DNA of 64,000 nucleotides from an uncultured Haloferula sp. (lineage in GTDB: Bacteria; Verrucomicrobiota; Verrucomicrobiia; Verrucomicrobiales; Akkermansiaceae): positions 64,001 through 128,000 of the forward strand of contig CBFGTS010000003.1 in the NCBI GenBank assembly GCA_965652295.1. The letters run 5' to 3'. Below, one piece after another: positions 62,482 to 64,000 of this stretch. The notes beneath the pieces are model-generated. The model was given only the letters and a program-made list of their open reading frames with translations, was not told where the DNA came from and ran no database searches. Position 1 is the stretch's first letter. Every line of letters starts with the position of its first letter. Position numbers and translations under genes: made by a program.

Positions 62482-64000
62482 TTAGTAGCCAAGACCGTGA
62501 CCCAGCGGGAACAACGGATCCTGCGGTGCCGCACCGTGCCCGAGCGGCACCTGCTCCATCGAACGCGGCCAGGCAAAGGACAGCCTGCCCGTCGGCTCAT
62601 GATCGCCGAACAAAACATCCGCCACTCCGGTGCCTTCGGTGCCCGGCAGCCATGCCGCCACCACCGCGTCAGCCTTTTCCAGCACATCACCGAGGATCAA
62701 CGGGCGGCCCGAAAGAACGATCACCACCACCGGCACGCCGGCGTCCTTGGCTGCGGTCACCGCCGCCACATCTTCCAGTGCCAAATCCAGGCTTTCCACG
62801 TCCCCCTCCATCTCGGCGTAGGGCTCCTCGCCGACCACCACGATCGCGAGATCCGCGCCGGCCGCCCCACCGCCATCCTTCGAGGACGTCACTTCCGTGT
62901 CCTTGCCAGCCGTCTGCCGGATCGCTTCGAGGATGGTGGTGCCACCCGAGGTGACCTCACCGCGTTTCCCCTGCCAGTCCACCGTCCAGCCGCCGCACTG
63001 CATGCCGAGATCATCCGCGCCGCGGCCCGTCACATGAATTCTCGCCGCCGTGCGCGAAATCGGGAGCACGTCCGAGTCGTTCTTCAGCAGCACCAGCGAG
63101 CGCCGCACCGCCTCGCGGGCCACCTCGCGCCGCTCGCTCGAACCGAATTCCGCCGTTTCCTCCGGTTTCACCGCGAGCTCCGGATTCTTGTCCAGCAGCC
63201 CCATCGCAAGCTTCACGCGGAGAATGCGCGTCACCGCGTCATCGATCCGCGACACCGGCACCTTCCCCTCATTCACCAGCTCGATGAGGTACTTCACGTA
63301 GTCGCGGTACTTGTCCGTCACCATGACCATGTCCACGCCGGCGTTGATGGCGATCTCCACGCACTTCTTGTAGTCCAGCGAATCGACCTGACCGGAGGCG
63401 TTGTTGCTCGCCAGCACAGGCTTCGTTTCAGACGCAGGCACCAGCTGGTCGATCGCATTGTAGTCGGAAATAATGAACCCGGCGAAGCCCAGCTCGTCCT
63501 TCAGGATGTGGGTCAGCAGCTGTTTGCTACCGGTGCATTTCACGCCGTTCCAACTGCTGTAGGACGGCATGATCGTGCCCACGCCGGCATCGATCGCGGC
63601 CGGGTACCCGGCCATGTGGATGCTCCTCAGCGTCGCCTCGTCCACACGCGTGTCTCCCTGGTCGAGCAGCCCGTCGGCGATGGTTGAACGGAAGGCCGTG
63701 CCGCCGTCCCCGACGAAGTGCTTGGCGCAGGCCAACACGTTCTCCCTGCCGCTGAGGCGCTCCCCTTGCAGGCCCCGGACCGCCGCCTCACCGAGAACGG
63801 TAACCAGTTGCGGATCCTCGGAAAATCCTTCGTACGTCCGCCCCCAGCGGAGATCGCGCGGCACCGCCACGCACGGAGCGAAGGTCCAATGAATGCCGGT
63901 CGCCCGGGTTTCCAGCGCCGTCACCCGTCCGATGCGCTCGATCAAGCCGGGATCGCGCGTGCATCCCAGCCCGACGTTGTGGGGAAACACCACCGCGCCG
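62482..64000 (-). CDS. GH3 beta-glucosidase, partial (5' end outside the window)
   Basis: [53 protein letters not shown] and LFPLGHGL. Confidence 0.93.
   Translation of the reverse strand, partial: GAVVFPHNVGLGCTRDPGLIERIGRVTALETRATGIHWTFAPCVAVPRDLRWGRTYEGFSEDPQLVTVLGEAAVRGLQGERLSGRENVLACAKHFVGDGGTAFRSTIADGLLDQGDTRVDEATLRSIHMAGYPAAIDAGVGTIMPSYSSWNGVKCTGSKQLLTHILKDELGFAGFIISDYNAIDQLVPASETKPVLASNNASGQVDSLDYKKCVEIAINAGVDMVMVTDKYRDYVKYLIELVNEGKVPVSRIDDAVTRILRVKLAMGLLDKNPELAVKPEETAEFGSSERREVAREAVRRSLVLLKNDSDVLPISRTAARIHVTGRGADDLGMQCGGWTVDWQGKRGEVTSGGTTILEAIRQTAGKDTEVTSSKDGGGAAGADLAIVVVGEEPYAEMEGDVESLDLALEDVAAVTAAKDAGVPVVVIVLSGRPLILGDVLEKADAVVAAWLPGTEGTGVADVLFGDHEPTGRLSFAWPRSMEQVPLGHGAAPQDPLFPLGHGLGY

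Overview
High-GC bacterial DNA that reads as Verrucomicrobiota (Luteolibacter/Haloferula-like). This is inferred from the PEP-CTERM proteins, the TIGR02999-type ECF sigma factor paired with a Ser/Thr kinase, passenger-repeat proteins and A/C-rich leaders without Shine-Dalgarno sites. The first 10 kb holds a partial MYG1-family gene, a lipoprotein/DUF3616/PepSY-like cluster with an OmpR-type two-component system, DUF2891, DUF1080 and an aldo/keto reductase. From 10 kb to the end is a large plant-hemicellulose degradation region with no SusC/D or other transporter in the window. It encodes GH115 x2, GH2 x3, GH5 x2, GH12, GH27, GH29, GH31, GH3, GH43, GH62, several esterases, PEP-CTERM proteins and large modular secreted proteins. 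Two candidate regulatory systems are visible directly in the intergenic DNA. (1) A 16-bp pseudo-palindrome, TCMCC-N6-RGKGR, occurs nine times upstream of genes from 33 to 57 kb, beside a NarL-type regulator and an unusual sensor kinase. (2) A GTCGG-N17-CGC promoter-like motif occurs four times around an ECF43-like sigma/kinase pair, and one copy precedes a candidate ~140-nt structured small RNA. No rRNA, tRNA, CRISPR array or transposase was recognised. All family assignments come from reading motifs by eye, not from database searches.
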